Positions 11,823 through 25,018 of a DNA stretch of 64,000 nucleotides are shown one piece after another (within the stretch, counting starts at the first letter, position 1; the number at the start of each line of letters is the position of its first letter). The notes below the pieces were generated by a model that saw nothing but the letters and a program-made list of their open reading frames with translations, did no database searches and was not told where the DNA came from. The stretch covers positions 496,001 through 560,000 of the forward strand of contig JAQGDQ010000031.1 in the NCBI GenBank assembly GCA_030141605.1, read 5' to 3'. This DNA comes from Tubiluchus corallicola (taxonomy: Eukaryota > Animalia > Priapulida). Made by a program: the position numbers and the translations under genes.

Positions 11823-14800
11823 CTACTTTGTACCAGGCACTTGCTTCAAAACCTGAAAAAGTGAAATTTGGATGAAAATCATCATTTGTTCAATAAATAA
11901 CATCAGACATTTTACATCATTGCCCCACCTACTGTTGGTTTTGAGTAATTCGGGACCAATCACTCCGGTGCAGCAACAATAGAAAATTTACAAAATTGCT
12001 CATTTTACCAAACCACCTACCAGAACAATGCAGGGCTATAAATTTATCTGTAAACAAAACTTAGCAATGAGGGGATTTTGTTAGCAATTTTATTATTTTG
12101 TTTAGTCAGTAATATAACTGTTTATTTCATGCCCAAAAAATACCATGTCAGATACATGACTTTTCTCAAAAGTGAGTTAGCACAAAACCCCATCTCACGA
12201 AGGTAAAACAGTACAATACATCATTAATTCAGACAGTAAGCAGAATTCGTCCGACACCAACGCTCCCTGTCAATTTTGAAAGATCTTTTGTATGCATCTT
12301 TGAAACAAAATTTTCGGAAACCGCATGAAGTCTGAAGGAAACAAATATCGTATTCTTATATAGCATAACAGTTCCATTCTTAAATCCACATTTTAACTCG
12401 CTGTCCTGGTTCCGATTCTGAGGTTGACCAAAAAAAAAGCAAATCAATTTCAAGGTTTTTTATGAAGTCATTCAAAACCCACTTCTGACGTGCATTTACT
12501 GTGATACTACACCTAGTGCAACAGACATGCGACTTATCTTCACTTCGTGCACATAGTGACACGTGACTAATTTTATATTTAGCTGTTCTCTGTTTTGTAT
12601 TTTAAAGACAACTGCTGCTTATTCCACCAGTGACCATCTATAAGATTTTATTTGTTTTCAGTATTTTGAATTGAAATTTTTAGAAACCAGGTTTGCATAA
12701 GTATGGACAACACTTCTGTAACAGCAAGAAAATAAAAAAGCAATGCAAGGATAGATTCAAGAAAAAATAATCAATACAGTGGACAAACAAAAACAACATG
12801 TTCTATCAAGTGTGTATTTAGCATCTAAAAGTAAAACAATGATATATGCTCATCTTTTTTACTATTCCACGCTCTGCAATGCACAAACAGGAGTGAGTCG
12901 TGCCTACTAGTCCGATCTACAACTGCGCACTGCAAACAGATTGTGAACTAACACCAACTCAATGGTAATGGCTAAAATGAGACAGTGAACCAGCAGAAAT
13001 AAAATCAGTCATTTCTGATGACTTTCTAACGATTAAGATCAGCTAGATAATGTATGCAATATGCAATGTTTACATAATTTCATAGAGAAGCAGCTCAAAA
13101 GTCTTACACAGAAGGAAACTAACAAACTGTCGATTGTCTAGAAATCAAAAGAACAATTGAAAAGAAAAGGCAGAGTGAAATATCATCTCTTCAAAGTTAA
13201 AAATTAAAAAAATTAAAGGTAATGAGAATTGAAGAACTTAGCAGCTTACTGCACTGTAGCTTTGCAAATCTTGTTTGCAATGTTTGATTATTGCACTCGT
13301 AGATTTGCAGAGATGCAATTTTTATAACCTTCTTTTGATCACTAAATTCACCTTCTGTTTTGTCTGGTACATCAACTACTTATGCTTACTATTGCAATAT
13401 TACATATATATATATTGTTTCTTATATATATATAAGAAAATTACAATGACACAACCGCTTGTGCATTTGCAGTGACATACTGTGGTAAAGTTGAAATCAG
13501 AGAAAACACATCTAATCTTATTTTAAATGTCAGATACCTGTGAAATGTCGACACCGGTGAGAGCTTGTACACTGGGAGGTAGTTGACTGATTAAACGATT
13601 CACTTCCGATGTGGTGCGATCATCTCCCCCTAACAACACCACCTCATCCGTCTTCGCCAGAGGTGCTGCTACTTCTGCCGCAATCTGAAGAAATTAAGTA
13701 ATAGTTACTGAAAGGCTCCTGAAAGAGCAGTCACAGTTAGTATACATGAAGCACAGCAAAACTGATTTTAACTTTAAACTCAAAATACCAAAACAAAACT
13801 GGATGGTTGTTTAGTTATGAAATGTCGTCGTTTAGGGATTCATAACTGTTACTCAAATAAAAACAATGGGAAGGTAAATTTCAGCCAAAAAACGCCATAA
13901 AATATCAAATTGATATTGATGAACTGATTAATTAATTGATAAACGGTAAACTGGTACTATTACAAAAAGGAAAGAAAAAAGAGATTACAAGAGAAAATAT
14001 TTAAAATAATTAACAAATTAGTGCTAACAAAAAGATTTATACTGCTTGATGATGATGCAAAATAAAATTAATGAATCTAACAAATAATTCACAAATTAAT
14101 TTTGCATATTTCTCAACTATGGCACACATATGTTAAGAATAAACTCCATTTTGTTACCTTTATTAATTATAAGTCTTGCATTCTGCACTGCCTTTACATT
14201 AAAATATTTTTCTCATGAAAGGTAAGGTTGAATCTGATCATATCCAATATGATTCTATAACTCTTTACCTTGGGCAAAGCTTCCAGTATAAGGCTAGTCA
14301 TGGCCGCATTGCCATACTGCTTGTAAGCAGCAGCTTTCATCCTCATCCTCTCAGCTTCTGCTTTTCCAATAGCTTCAATTGCTGATGCCTCAGCACCACC
14401 AACCAGTTTAATCTTTTCTGCTTGTGCTCTTGCACCTTCCACTGTTTCGGTTCTGTAATGCAGTTACAAAGTTCAACACATGCTTTTGCCATTTTAAAAC
14501 AAAAAACAAACAAGTTGTTAATTTGCTGAAAACTTTGATGCGAAAGAATAAAAAAATATTTTATTAAGAACAATAAAGTTAAAAGAAAATAATAAATTTA
14601 AAAATTGAATAAACAAACAGGATCAAAAGTTTATTTAGTTTATGTCAGAATTTCACAATATGATTACTACAAGATATCACTTTTGCAGAACCATATAGAA
14701 CTGCAACATCCAAAAGTGGTACTTAGTAAAAGAAATACATGCTATTCAACTTTTAAAAATAGTTTTTATCAGTAGCCGTTACCGTTTTCCCTGTGCTATT

Positions 14801-17800
14801 GTTTCCACCTTGTAAGCTTCGGCTTCCGCGGGACGTTTAATCATGGCTACCAACTCTTTCTCTTTCCGTTGGATCTCCTTCTCTTCGACGGAGATCTGTT
14901 TTCTTCTCTCTACGATGTCAATTTCAATCTCTTCATTGCGGATTCTCTGAGACACCTTGGCCGCTTCCAGATCATAAGCCAACTCGGCTTCGGCTTTCTA
15001 ATATTCAAAAAATTCCAGGACAAACTGTGCCAGAATAAAACTATGTGATAGGTGGTTACGATCTAAACGTTTAGTAAAGTTTGATTTGGTCAGCATTTTA
15101 ATAAATAAACAAAACAGCTGATAGGTGACTAAGTGCATTGATTTACTGCAGTCACAAAAATGTGCCACTATTTCACATTGGCTTAACAAGCAAGCTGAAA
15201 TCGTTTAAGCACAGTGTCTTAAATGTCACCTGAAACAAAGTGCATTAGAGGCAGTAGCAGCAATGCCTTCTGCCTTATTATTAGCTGAATCTAAATTTGT
15301 AGTGTTTTTACGAGTATCGAGAATCAGACTGGGGTTTCCCTGTACAGGTACACGGATAGCCGATTGAAAAATTCAGCAAAGTAAACAAAGGGAGATGGTG
15401 GCCGTTATATTTACAAACAAATGTAACCATTGGTACATTTCGACATTGGCTACATTGGTACTGTTATGCTAACAATAACACATTGAGGGCCTGACACAGA
15501 GCTATGAGGCATGAAAATTACTGTTTTGCCACACAAAACATTTGACCCATTAAACAATTTCATTTTGATAGTTAATCTCATGCAAGTCATCCTACGGAAA
15601 AATTGGTTTGATCTGCCATCCCTCGCTGCTGTCATTTGGCCTGGTGCCATGGCAGGCTGCCAATGCAACAATTAATAGTCATCTAGTAGAAGTGCAAAGC
15701 AGCAGGAAGGTGGCATTTAAAATTTAAATTTTTAAACAATGGATGTCACATTGACAATAATGTCTGCATTTTCGTTGTCAGAACCGGGAAAATTATAGGG
15801 CTTGGGTAAGAAACAATATGGGTAATTAGGTAATTACTCAGGTACCCGGGTACCCAATGGAAACACTATAAACTTATCAGGTAAACTTTAAGCTACATAC
15901 CTTGCTGTTAACCTCCGTGTCAAATTCTGCCTTCTTCAGCTGATACTCGCGTGAATAATCAGCAATGTGAGTATCTGCTTGATATTTAACATCCATCTTA
16001 GCTTTTTCACATTCAGCTTCCTAATCAAAAAAAAATTTGATCATGCCCCGTTTTTTACTACTACAATTATTACAAAAACATTTTCTGTCTCACACTTAGC
16101 TAATGCTCAATAAAGTAAAACAAATAAAGATTAAAAACAAAATGCTGTGCTAAGCACAAATAAATTCAGCTTATTTTTCATTTTTACTTATTATTATTTA
16201 TCAAGCTGCTCTGCGTCACTAAGGCTGTCACTAGAACATAACGGTAAACTCCACTGACTTATTCATTGAGTTACTAACTATGAACCTTCAATGGGTATAA
16301 AGTATTCACATTCTACCTATTCCTGCATCCCTATTAGCCCCAATAACTCACCCTAATTCCTGCATCCCTGTTGGCCTCTGCAACTCCAATATCTGCATCA
16401 CGCTTCACGTTAGCTGTCTGTGCTCGACCAAGTGAAGCCAAATAGTCAACATTATCATAAACATCTTTAATGGTAAAGCTAAGAATTTCGATTCCCATTC
16501 GTCCAACATCGGGTGATGCAACCTCGCGGACAAGACGAGCAAACTCGTCACGATCTTGATATATTTGTTCCACTGTTAATGTTCCTGAAACATAAAAGCC
16601 TATCTTGATGAAGAAGCACTAATCCTGGTTATAGCAGAAAAAAAGTTTTTTTTTTATCAAACTTGATCTGAACAAAAGAAATGAAATTAAAACATATAGT
16701 TTAGGTTTGTGTTAATCCATATCAAGATGTGGCTACATCCACTTCCATCAGATGCAAACAGGATCCCAATTACCCAGCAGAATCCAGACCACGATCTATG
16801 TCAAGATGTGTCTATGTCCACTTCTAACAGATGTAAACAGGATCCAACTCGAAGCAAGTCTAAACTACATGTTGCAAATATATATCAAATCATTTTGCAG
16901 ACCAACAACTACGCTTTTAATTAAAGTGCATTATTACATCATAAATATTTACAAATTCATCTTTACCCTTTAGTTTTTAAATTTAGTTAAACTGGAAAAA
17001 AGGATTTGTAAAATCAAATGACATCTCTTTCTCATACGGACACAAATATATGTAACAGACCACAGATAACACTACATAAAATTGATACTACAAGGATATG
17101 TACTCAATGAACAATCACTAGTAAAATTTATCATGTACATACCCAAAATAGCTCGAAGATGGCCCTCCATGGTTTGAAGTATGACATTCTGAATGTGGTG
17201 AACAGACTTGCTAAGAAACTGTTCACAAGCGGTGGCCAACAGCTGCTGATCCGTCATCACCTTAACCTGAGCTACACCTGTTACAGTAAGTGGCACACCC
17301 TCTTTTGTTTCAACACTTTCACAGGTGGGATTTAATGTCATAACTTCAAGACACAATCTGTAATATTACAATAAATGTATCATTTAAAAGAAAATTGAAA
17401 TAGGAACAACTAAACAATAACTTTAGCAATCATTAAGATGTACATGTATAATCAACATATGTGGTAATACTTCACGATGCCAGTCCAAAGTACTTCGTCT
17501 GGGAAACTCGAATGACCCCCTCCCCCCCCCCGTGTAACTCCACTATCACCCACCCTTACTAATCAATAATGTCAATAATGTTTACACATTATTTTTACAC
17601 TATAATATACTAATACAACTACCACGATTGCTTAACAAAGTAGGGGGGCATTTCAAGAAAAATGTAAATAAATAAACAATCAGTCGGAGCCCCTCCTCTA
17701 AGCAAAACCTGTATAATATTTATTTATATTTTTATAGTAGACTAGAAACGTGCAAGTAATCATGAGCTAAGAATGTTGTTTTAAGCAAGTTTAGTCATAC

Positions 17801-20504
17801 GAATTCAAAACATTAGTCAATTTTTGCTAAATAAACACACCATGTACTATAGAATATTTGGTATCCTACCAAATTGCAAATAACATCCGTACTGAAACCA
17901 AAAATGTTCTAATTACTTAATTACTACATTTACAAGCATTTCACTGTGGTTAGATGCTACTAATCATTTGATCAACTTGAGAAACGAACTAGCAAAACAC
18001 ATTCACGAAGTATTTTCTGACTCTGACTAAACTTGCAGTTTCTCTCATGATTTGAAAATTACATGAACTTGAATTTGATATGAGGCAAGACCAGACAACA
18101 ACTGAGAGGTATCCCTGTCTAGTCTGCACTTAAGTCGAAGGTCTTGGAAAGTTGTTTGTTCACTATCAGTACGCATCAAGCAAAAATACTTTCAGAAAAC
18201 TACAGAAACACGACTGCCATAAGGTTACATAGTACAAAACATTCTACTTACCGCTGAACATCAGACACACACCACCACGCCCAACCCCAGCCTCCAATAA
18301 TCATCTTCTTTGTGTCTGCCCCACAGCAAGCACCTATAAATTGCAAAACTCATCCTTAAATTTATGCGTCTCTGTAATATGTCTTGTATAATACTAGCTA
18401 AGGCCCCACAAAAAATTTTGCATATAAACTCACAACAACAACCCATACCACACCACACAACCACCCACCACACCACTCACACCACACCAACCCACCACTC
18501 CACTCATAGCACACGACCCACACAATACCACAACACCACACCATCCACATCATAGCACACCACATAACCACATTATCCACAGACCATCACCCACACCACA
18601 CCACCCTAACCAAACTATGCGACACCCACCACACCACTCTACCAACACCACAGCACAACCCACCCTATCATCCCACCCCACCATACCATCCACAAAACAA
18701 CACCCATGGGTGATGACAATGTGTGGAAAAGCAGCAAAATTTCTCAAACTCAAAGACAATGGATGTTCCAAATAGCATGCAGCACAGGGGGTTAAAAAGA
18801 ACCTCGAAAATACACCCCTCCCATTTTGTATAGTGGACATCTCTCCTAGCGAAACCTTCAGCATTTTGTAGACTGTTTCGTCTTCTTTCTGTGAGTGTGC
18901 TTGTATTTTCGCAACATACCAAAATGGTTGCACAAATTGAGTCTTTCTAGAGGCTGCTTGAGCAGTTTTCAACAGAATTTGCGTAGTTGGGTCCGGGAAA
19001 ATGTCCGTAGCGGGCATTGGTGGCCCTCCCGTGAAATCTAAATATGACTATTACACCCACAGTTGAACGGGCCATCGAACCATTACCAACACCCCCCTCG
19101 GCATATTCCCGTTATCTAGAAAAAAAGAGGTATAAGTTTTGCAAATTTTTGCAAAAAACGGTCAAAGAAGGGCCATTTTTGGAGGTTTTTTGCCCACCCC
19201 CCAATCCTCACGGTAGGCCCGATTAGAAAATAAACCCCCAGGTGCGAACCTGTGGTTGGAAACTTTTCGTTTGACGTATAGATCGTCGAGAAAGGTATAT
19301 ATATATATATATACCACCGAAATTAATATATATGATGTATATAAAATGGATAAACACCTCTAAATACATGGTGACTAGGGGCAGTAAATAAAATCAAGGG
19401 CTAGTCATTTTGTAAAAACTATGGAGCTATGCATATACTAGAAAGTGACAGAAATGTTTCAGAAAATTTCCTTGTTTTTTAAATTATCAAAAGATGTGTT
19501 TGCTTTACAAGATCCATCAAATTCTACCATGCTTCTTGCTGTCTTCACTAGCCGCACAACAGTCACAAATAATTTCTTGCAGTTTTTTTAGTAAGAGATC
19601 GGGTATTCTAAGTTTTCCTGATGTAAAAATAGTAAATGCATATACACTAGTAAGTGATTTCATACTTGCAAAATTAAAAAAGACTAGGACGCCTTCATCT
19701 TAGATAGTAAAAAAGTTTAGCAAGCAACCCACTCGCAGTTCAAATCTGCATTTAGCAGACACCCGGAAATTGCATATTGCGCGATTTATATTATTGACAA
19801 AAATCATATGTTCTTTTAAATGCAACCATTTATGAGGCCTGCATTATTGCATATTGGACCGTGAGGAAGTGGAAAAGGCGATTGCTCCTTGTACTGATCT
19901 TTCCACAGGAGCTTACAGAAAAAAGATCACTTGCTACATGGCAGCGAAATGTTACTTTACGTGTATTGTGACAAGAATTCACTCTAATTTAAACAATAAG
20001 AATTCTGTCCCACGTCTGGTAACAATTCTCTTGATAGCAATTCCATGGCCGCTCCCAGGTGTTTATTCACATGGAGACGCGATTCTGAATGTCTGGTAAA
20101 TGCAAATCAAATTCGCTAACGCAACACAACCTGCCTTCTGCAGCGAGTAAGCCTTTAGTTTTATTTACATAGACATAATGAATACAACTCAAAAGGCATC
20201 TCTCCAAGTTTAAATTAATATAAATATCCTTCACTGCCCTTTCTTTAGTACAGCCTTAAAAACTTCCTGACATATACGTTCTCCTTTTTATTTTCGTGTA
20301 AATTTTTGTATATATAGTTAGTTGTCTATTTCATGTAATTGTGCACATTAACAGATGCATATACATGTCTATGCTTACATATCATCACCTGAATAAGTCT
20401 CAATTCAATTTCAAATATAAAATTATTATTACTAAACGCATGACGCCTTCCTTACCAGAAATAACAAGCGCTTCATTTGGACCGACAGTGTGGCAATTAC
20501 CCAT
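11823..20504 (-). CDS. FLOT2: Flotillin-2 (reggie-1), 424 aa, 9 coding exons
   Basis: Exons 20456-20504, 18252-18333, 17143-17357, 16352-16584, 15901-16020, 14783-14997, 14269-14452, 13538-13684, 11823-11852; total 1275 nt, all GT-AG and in phase. N-terminus MGNCHTVGPNEALVISGACCG..GGWGWAWWCVSDVQR is FLOT2-type (Gly2, N-terminal cysteines). SPFH domain and AEAE-rich flotillin domain; ends LTGVDISQVLKQVPGTK*. Confidence 0.96.
15300..15868. mobile_element. hAT-like MITE in FLOT2 intron 5
   Basis: Termini TAGTGTTT / AAACACTA. Subterminal palindrome GGTACCCGGGTACC. Flanks TAAATTTG / TAAACTTA (6/8, decayed 8-bp TSD). Confidence 0.55.
16721..16850. repeat. ~79 bp diverged tandem duplication
   Basis: TCAAGATGTG.CTA..TCCACTTC...CAGATG.AAACAGGATCC occurs twice. 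Confidence 0.65.
18394..19335 (-). mobile_element. Probable non-autonomous Helitron-type element carrying a microsatellite, FLOT2 intron 1
   Basis: On the minus strand it begins A|TCATATATATTAAT (19335) and ends CTAG|T (18394): the Helitron TC...CTRR ends between A and T, with no TSD. GC-richer than its flanks; contains (CCACA)n and (TA)n tracts. The subterminal hairpin is weak. Confidence 0.5.
18432..18700. repeat. Degenerate (CCACA)n microsatellite
   Basis: C/A-rich pentamer tract; source of the spurious W/V/C- and H/T-rich ORFs here. Confidence 0.9.
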
Positions 20505-20645
20505 TTTTATTAACTGAAATTAAATGAAAAAATTAATACGAAAACGAAACATTTATTTACATCACCCTGCAATGCTGCCATCTGGCCGCAGTACAATAAA
20601 CTAGTATTACGTTCGTAATTTCACGATTTTTTACGCTCGTTACCT

Positions 20646-20678
20646 TACTACTACTACTACTACTATTACTACTACTAT

Positions 20679-20710
<32 letters not shown>

Positions 20711-20733
20711 ATAATAATAATAATAATAATAAT
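20646..20733. repeat. Compound (TAC)n(TAA)n microsatellite just upstream of the FLOT2 start codon
   Basis: Directly visible. Confidence 0.95.
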
Positions 20734-20766
20734 GTCAAGTTTAATTTTGATGTTATTATTAGCCCA

Positions 20767-21562
20767 CAGTTAATTAAATTATACTGCGTAACACTGCGTA
20801 AAGCAGAAAATGCAAAAAATTGAAAAACAACCTGGACTTGAACTTGGACCTGGTGCTTACAAGGAAGGTGTCTTAGGCTGTTTACAGTCTTAGGAACAGC
20901 AATTCAAAGAGATCTGTATTCCTATGAAATTCCAAACAATTCTGCTTGATTGAAGAATTAATTCAAACTTTTCACTCATTGCTCTGATCCTTTATTACTG
21001 CCGCAGGCTGTGAGACATACACTCACCTCACTAAATGCTGGAACATGATAGGTTCTCATGCAATCGTTTCAGTAATATTTTGATGCACTGTTCAATTGTT
21101 CTGTTTAATATTGATGCTGGTATCACCCCACAATTAATTAAATTATAAAGCAGTGCGTAAAAAAAGGAAATATAAAAGTTTGAACACATTCTAGATTTGA
21201 GTCAGGGACCTTGTGCTTACAAGGGAATTATTTTAGACTGTTAGCAGCGTTAGGAACAGAAGTTCAATGAGATCACTATTGAACACCAGATTCTCCAACA
21301 TTTTTTACGGGTTTCTTACAAGCATGTCATTTGAGTACTAATTAATGGCACAATTATTAATTGAATCATTTTTTGCTTTTGTTTTGATCTGTCTTCACAA
21401 CACCTAACAACTGCAATGTGTTTGACACAGGTAGCCCTATAAAATTTTGCACCAATTCCGCTTGATTGAAAAATCAGTATTAGGTTTTTCCCAGTCACTG
21501 TTCTAATTCCTTATTATTGCTGCAGACTGTGCGACGCTCAAGACACATCACCAAGTATTGGG
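20767..21562. repeat. Old tandem duplication (two diverged ~350-430 bp copies), each with a tRNA-like segment on the minus strand
   Basis: Shared blocks TTAATTAAATTATA, GGACCT.GTGCTTACAAGG, TTAGGAACAG...TTCAA.GAGATC, GCTTGATTGAA and TCCTT..TA.TGC.GCAG.CTGTG in both copies. Minus strand of copy 1 reads CCTTGTAAGCACCAGGTCCAAGTTCAAGTCCAGG (anticodon-loop- and B-box-like). Confidence 0.6.
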
Positions 21563-21599
21563 GACACCAAATCTTGCTCCTATTTAATATATAACTGAT

Positions 21600-22626
21600 A
21601 GTACTTGTAATTGTGTGCTTATTAATATAAATGACGTATCTACTCTGGTTATTACAACCACTAATAACAGTTCAGAATAAAATAGTAAAATACATGACTT
21701 TCGCCAATTACAGAGACCATGCAACACCATCATACATACACCTTAATTTATTGAAAATAGAAGATATTTATAATCATGAATTATTTAAATTCATGTATAA
21801 GTATAATAACCGGCAGTTGCCTGAATTATATACTAACTACTTTACCTTAATCAAAGATGTTCACTCTCACTATACTAGGTCCTCAAGTATGGGACACTAT
21901 TTTCAAACACGATTTAACACAGCGTATGGCTTAAATACCTTACAGCACAGTGGAGTTATTTTGTGGAATAGTGTACCCAATACAATCATTTCCTCTCCTT
22001 TTTTACAAATAGCTGCCAAACAATATAAGATATTTTTACTTAGTACATATTCATTGGCGTAGAAAACCAGAGCTTTTTTTCTCTTTTTGTGCACGTGTGT
22101 CTTTTTGCACTAATGTTTTTCTTTTACTAATGTTACTTTATTAGTAAAAGGTATAAATCAATTTAAATGAATTTATTCATTCATCGCAGCCTATATCAAA
22201 ATCGTAATAACATATTACGTTTTTCTTATGTTTCCTTCTATTATTGCATCATTTACTTTATTTCAAAATTATTTCAATATTCATATCAAAATCGTAATTC
22301 CATATTATGTTGTCCTTATGTTTCCTTACTATTATTACATCATTTACTTCATTTCAAAATTATTTCAATATTCATATCAAAATCGTAATTCCATATTATG
22401 TTGTCCTTCTGTTTCCTTACTATTATGACATTATTTACTTTATTACATCAATATCATTGAGTCATCTGCAAAAGCACGCATAACTTTAATATTTTTTTCA
22501 TTTTCATTTAAGTAAGGTGAGTGTGTTAATGACCGTATGGTCATACACTCACCTCACACTACTCAAATCATTTTATTTATTGTTTATTTATGTGTACAAT
22601 ATTGTATTTTGATCTGTGGAATAAAA
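21600..22626 (+). mobile_element. 5'-truncated CR1/L2-group LINE with 143-aa ORF2 C-terminal remnant and 3' UTR
   Basis: ORF 21631-22062: VQNKIVKYMTF...H..P.Y..LNLLKIEDIY...FMYKY....LP.....YF......HSHYTR...RFNTAYG...LQHSGVILWNSVP. 3' UTR stem-loop GGTGAGTGT..ATGACC-GTAT-GGTCAT-ACACTCACC (~22516-22553); terminal AATAAA at ~22620. Confidence 0.8.
22193..22445. repeat. ~90 bp x ~2.8 tandem repeat inside the LINE 3' UTR
   Basis: Unit ATATCAAAATCGTAAT..CATATTA.GTT..CCTT..GTTTCCTT.CTATTA...CATCATTTACTT.ATTTCAAAATTATTTCAATATTC. Confidence 0.85.
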
Positions 22627-25018
22627 TTCATAGTTCTACTCTCTGAAAGGCTTTTTATACGTTACACCTGTTAACCAATCGGTGTTTGATTATGTGCTCA
22701 TTGTTTTTATTATAAATATATTGATGATTGTAATTCTTTGTTTTCAGATAAAAAATATTGTTTAAACTAACAGCTTTTGTTCTGCTTTTTGTTTTAATAT
22801 CTGTGGCTTAAGATAGAATTTCACATGCCATCCCCATAGATATGAAAATGAAAAAAATATAAAAAATTCTTTACTAAATTTTTGTTAATAAAAATCAATA
22901 TTTGTTGGGCAAAAAAATGTTTTATATATAATACCAAAACTATAAATAATTTATTTTCATTTGTTTTAAAAGAATACTTTGTGATTAGAAATTCGTTATT
23001 ATCGTGACGGCTTTGTGGGTACTTGAGAGGTATCTCTTCCTGTTGAAAAAGTGGGTTATTGTGAAATTTGATGGTTTGATAATTAGGAAAAGTTTAATTC
23101 GTTCAGTATTACAAGATTTTGTAGGCTTAATATAATAAGTTATGCACGTTAATTAGAGTAGTCTATTTACTGCCTAGTGTGTTAAAATTTATTTGATTTC
23201 ATTAATCAGATATGTCATGATGTCTGGACCAGGCATTACTCATTTTCATGTCTTAATAATTTATTTAATATTTATTATTATTAGTGCAGTCTTGCTCGAT
23301 ACGTAATGCTTAGTTAATACAGGGTGTTTAATGAGGAACATAAAATTATGTGTTCATTCAGAATTTAATTGTTATTGATTCACCACAATTTTGTTGTAGA
23401 TTTACTAAGTAATTATATAGTATTTACTAATTACTTTTACTATCATTACTGACACTAATAATACAAACTACAAGTCAATACTTTTTATTAATATTTGTCA
23501 TATGTGTTCATGCATAGCAAAATCGCCCATAGGTCGGCAATTAAGATTTTCTAGTTATTCACACATCCTAAATCACCATTTCATGGGGGTCATTTTGATA
23601 CCAAGCTCATGTTATTTCTAAACTGAGATCATCCGCGTTGAAGCTGAGATGCATGTGAAAAACATACCTTTCAGAAAATCGCCGTTAAAGTTAGCCATTG
23701 TTTTTGTCACCATTTCTACAAAACACTTAGCAACCGCGCAAATAATGTTTGCTACGGACTTTGCAAAAACGCATTAATGTTATGTCTAAATCCAGCAGAT
23801 GGTTCTTCTGGGTTTGGCAGCAGAAAGAACCCGAAGCAAAACGACTGCTTCCACAAGGTACTATCGGAGTTTGAAAATACAGTAAAAGTTTTTTACAATT
23901 ACTAATTTCTAGCCAGAAAAGTGGGTGTGTGGTTGCAAAATTAGATTTTTAATGTTTTTTTAACATTTCCCTGATAATTTGAGGCTAGAATATAAAAGTC
24001 CAATACATTTAGCATTTGTTTTTATGGGAAAACAAAAAAAATGATATTTAACCAAATTTTTAGTGCCTTCTACTTTGAGGCATCGTATAGCGTAGTTTTA
24101 ACAATGCTGTCGTATGGACGGTTTTAGTTTGCAAGCACACATACATATACTATAATATAATATATTACACTGTTAGTATACATGAAATTTATCTCTATGC
24201 AAAGCACATTTATACCATCATATAAGATTTACCATCTTATATCCTTTACTGGCTTTGAGCTTACATAAAAGATTATAAAAGAAAGTTAGCAAAATTTTTC
24301 GTAATATTTGAAAGGTGACTGAATTTGAAAGGAAAAATGGGTGAGGGAAAACATATCTAATTGTAACTTGGTCAGTCCTCCTAAATCAGAACTGATTTGA
24401 TTTGATTAACAAGGAACAGCCGCATTGAATTTCTTTGTATCATGTACTCTATATGCTGTATATGCTGCAAATACTAAGAAAAAGCAACTCGCCTTCATAA
24501 CTCAGTTAATGGTGAGCAAATCTTTATTTGCACATGTTGCTCCTATCTCACATCAATTGTATCGTCCCAAAATGACAGTGCCCAGTTCCACATCATTGAT
24601 TTACTCTCCTCTTCAACGGGTCTTAAAATAGAAAGTTTCTTGCACCGAGTTCTATACCCAGTTTGTGTTTGACGTTTCACGTTGGCTCTTACTATTGATT
24701 CCTATAACGAGTTCAGTATAGTCATGTTTGCTCGTTGTTTGAAGAATGTGCATGTGATGTCTACATTGATGTCTGTGATGTTGTACATTTAGTTATGCTG
24801 TGTACACAACATTGCTTTTTATTAAGCATTATATTCATCGTAACATTATAATGTTGCTTTATTGACATTATTATATAGGTAAAATGGCTAACGTATGCCT
24901 ATTTCACCTAAACAGGTACTCAATATGTGCACACTGTTAGTTGACTTATGTTTGTTGCATTGTTTACCCAGACCTTCAACACCTCAGCATTAATTTTTTG
25001 TTGTTGTTTAGGATACAA

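Noticed and set aside
18261-19017. W/V/C-rich and H/T-rich ORFs
   Set aside because: Translations of the (CCACA)n microsatellite and adjacent repeat.
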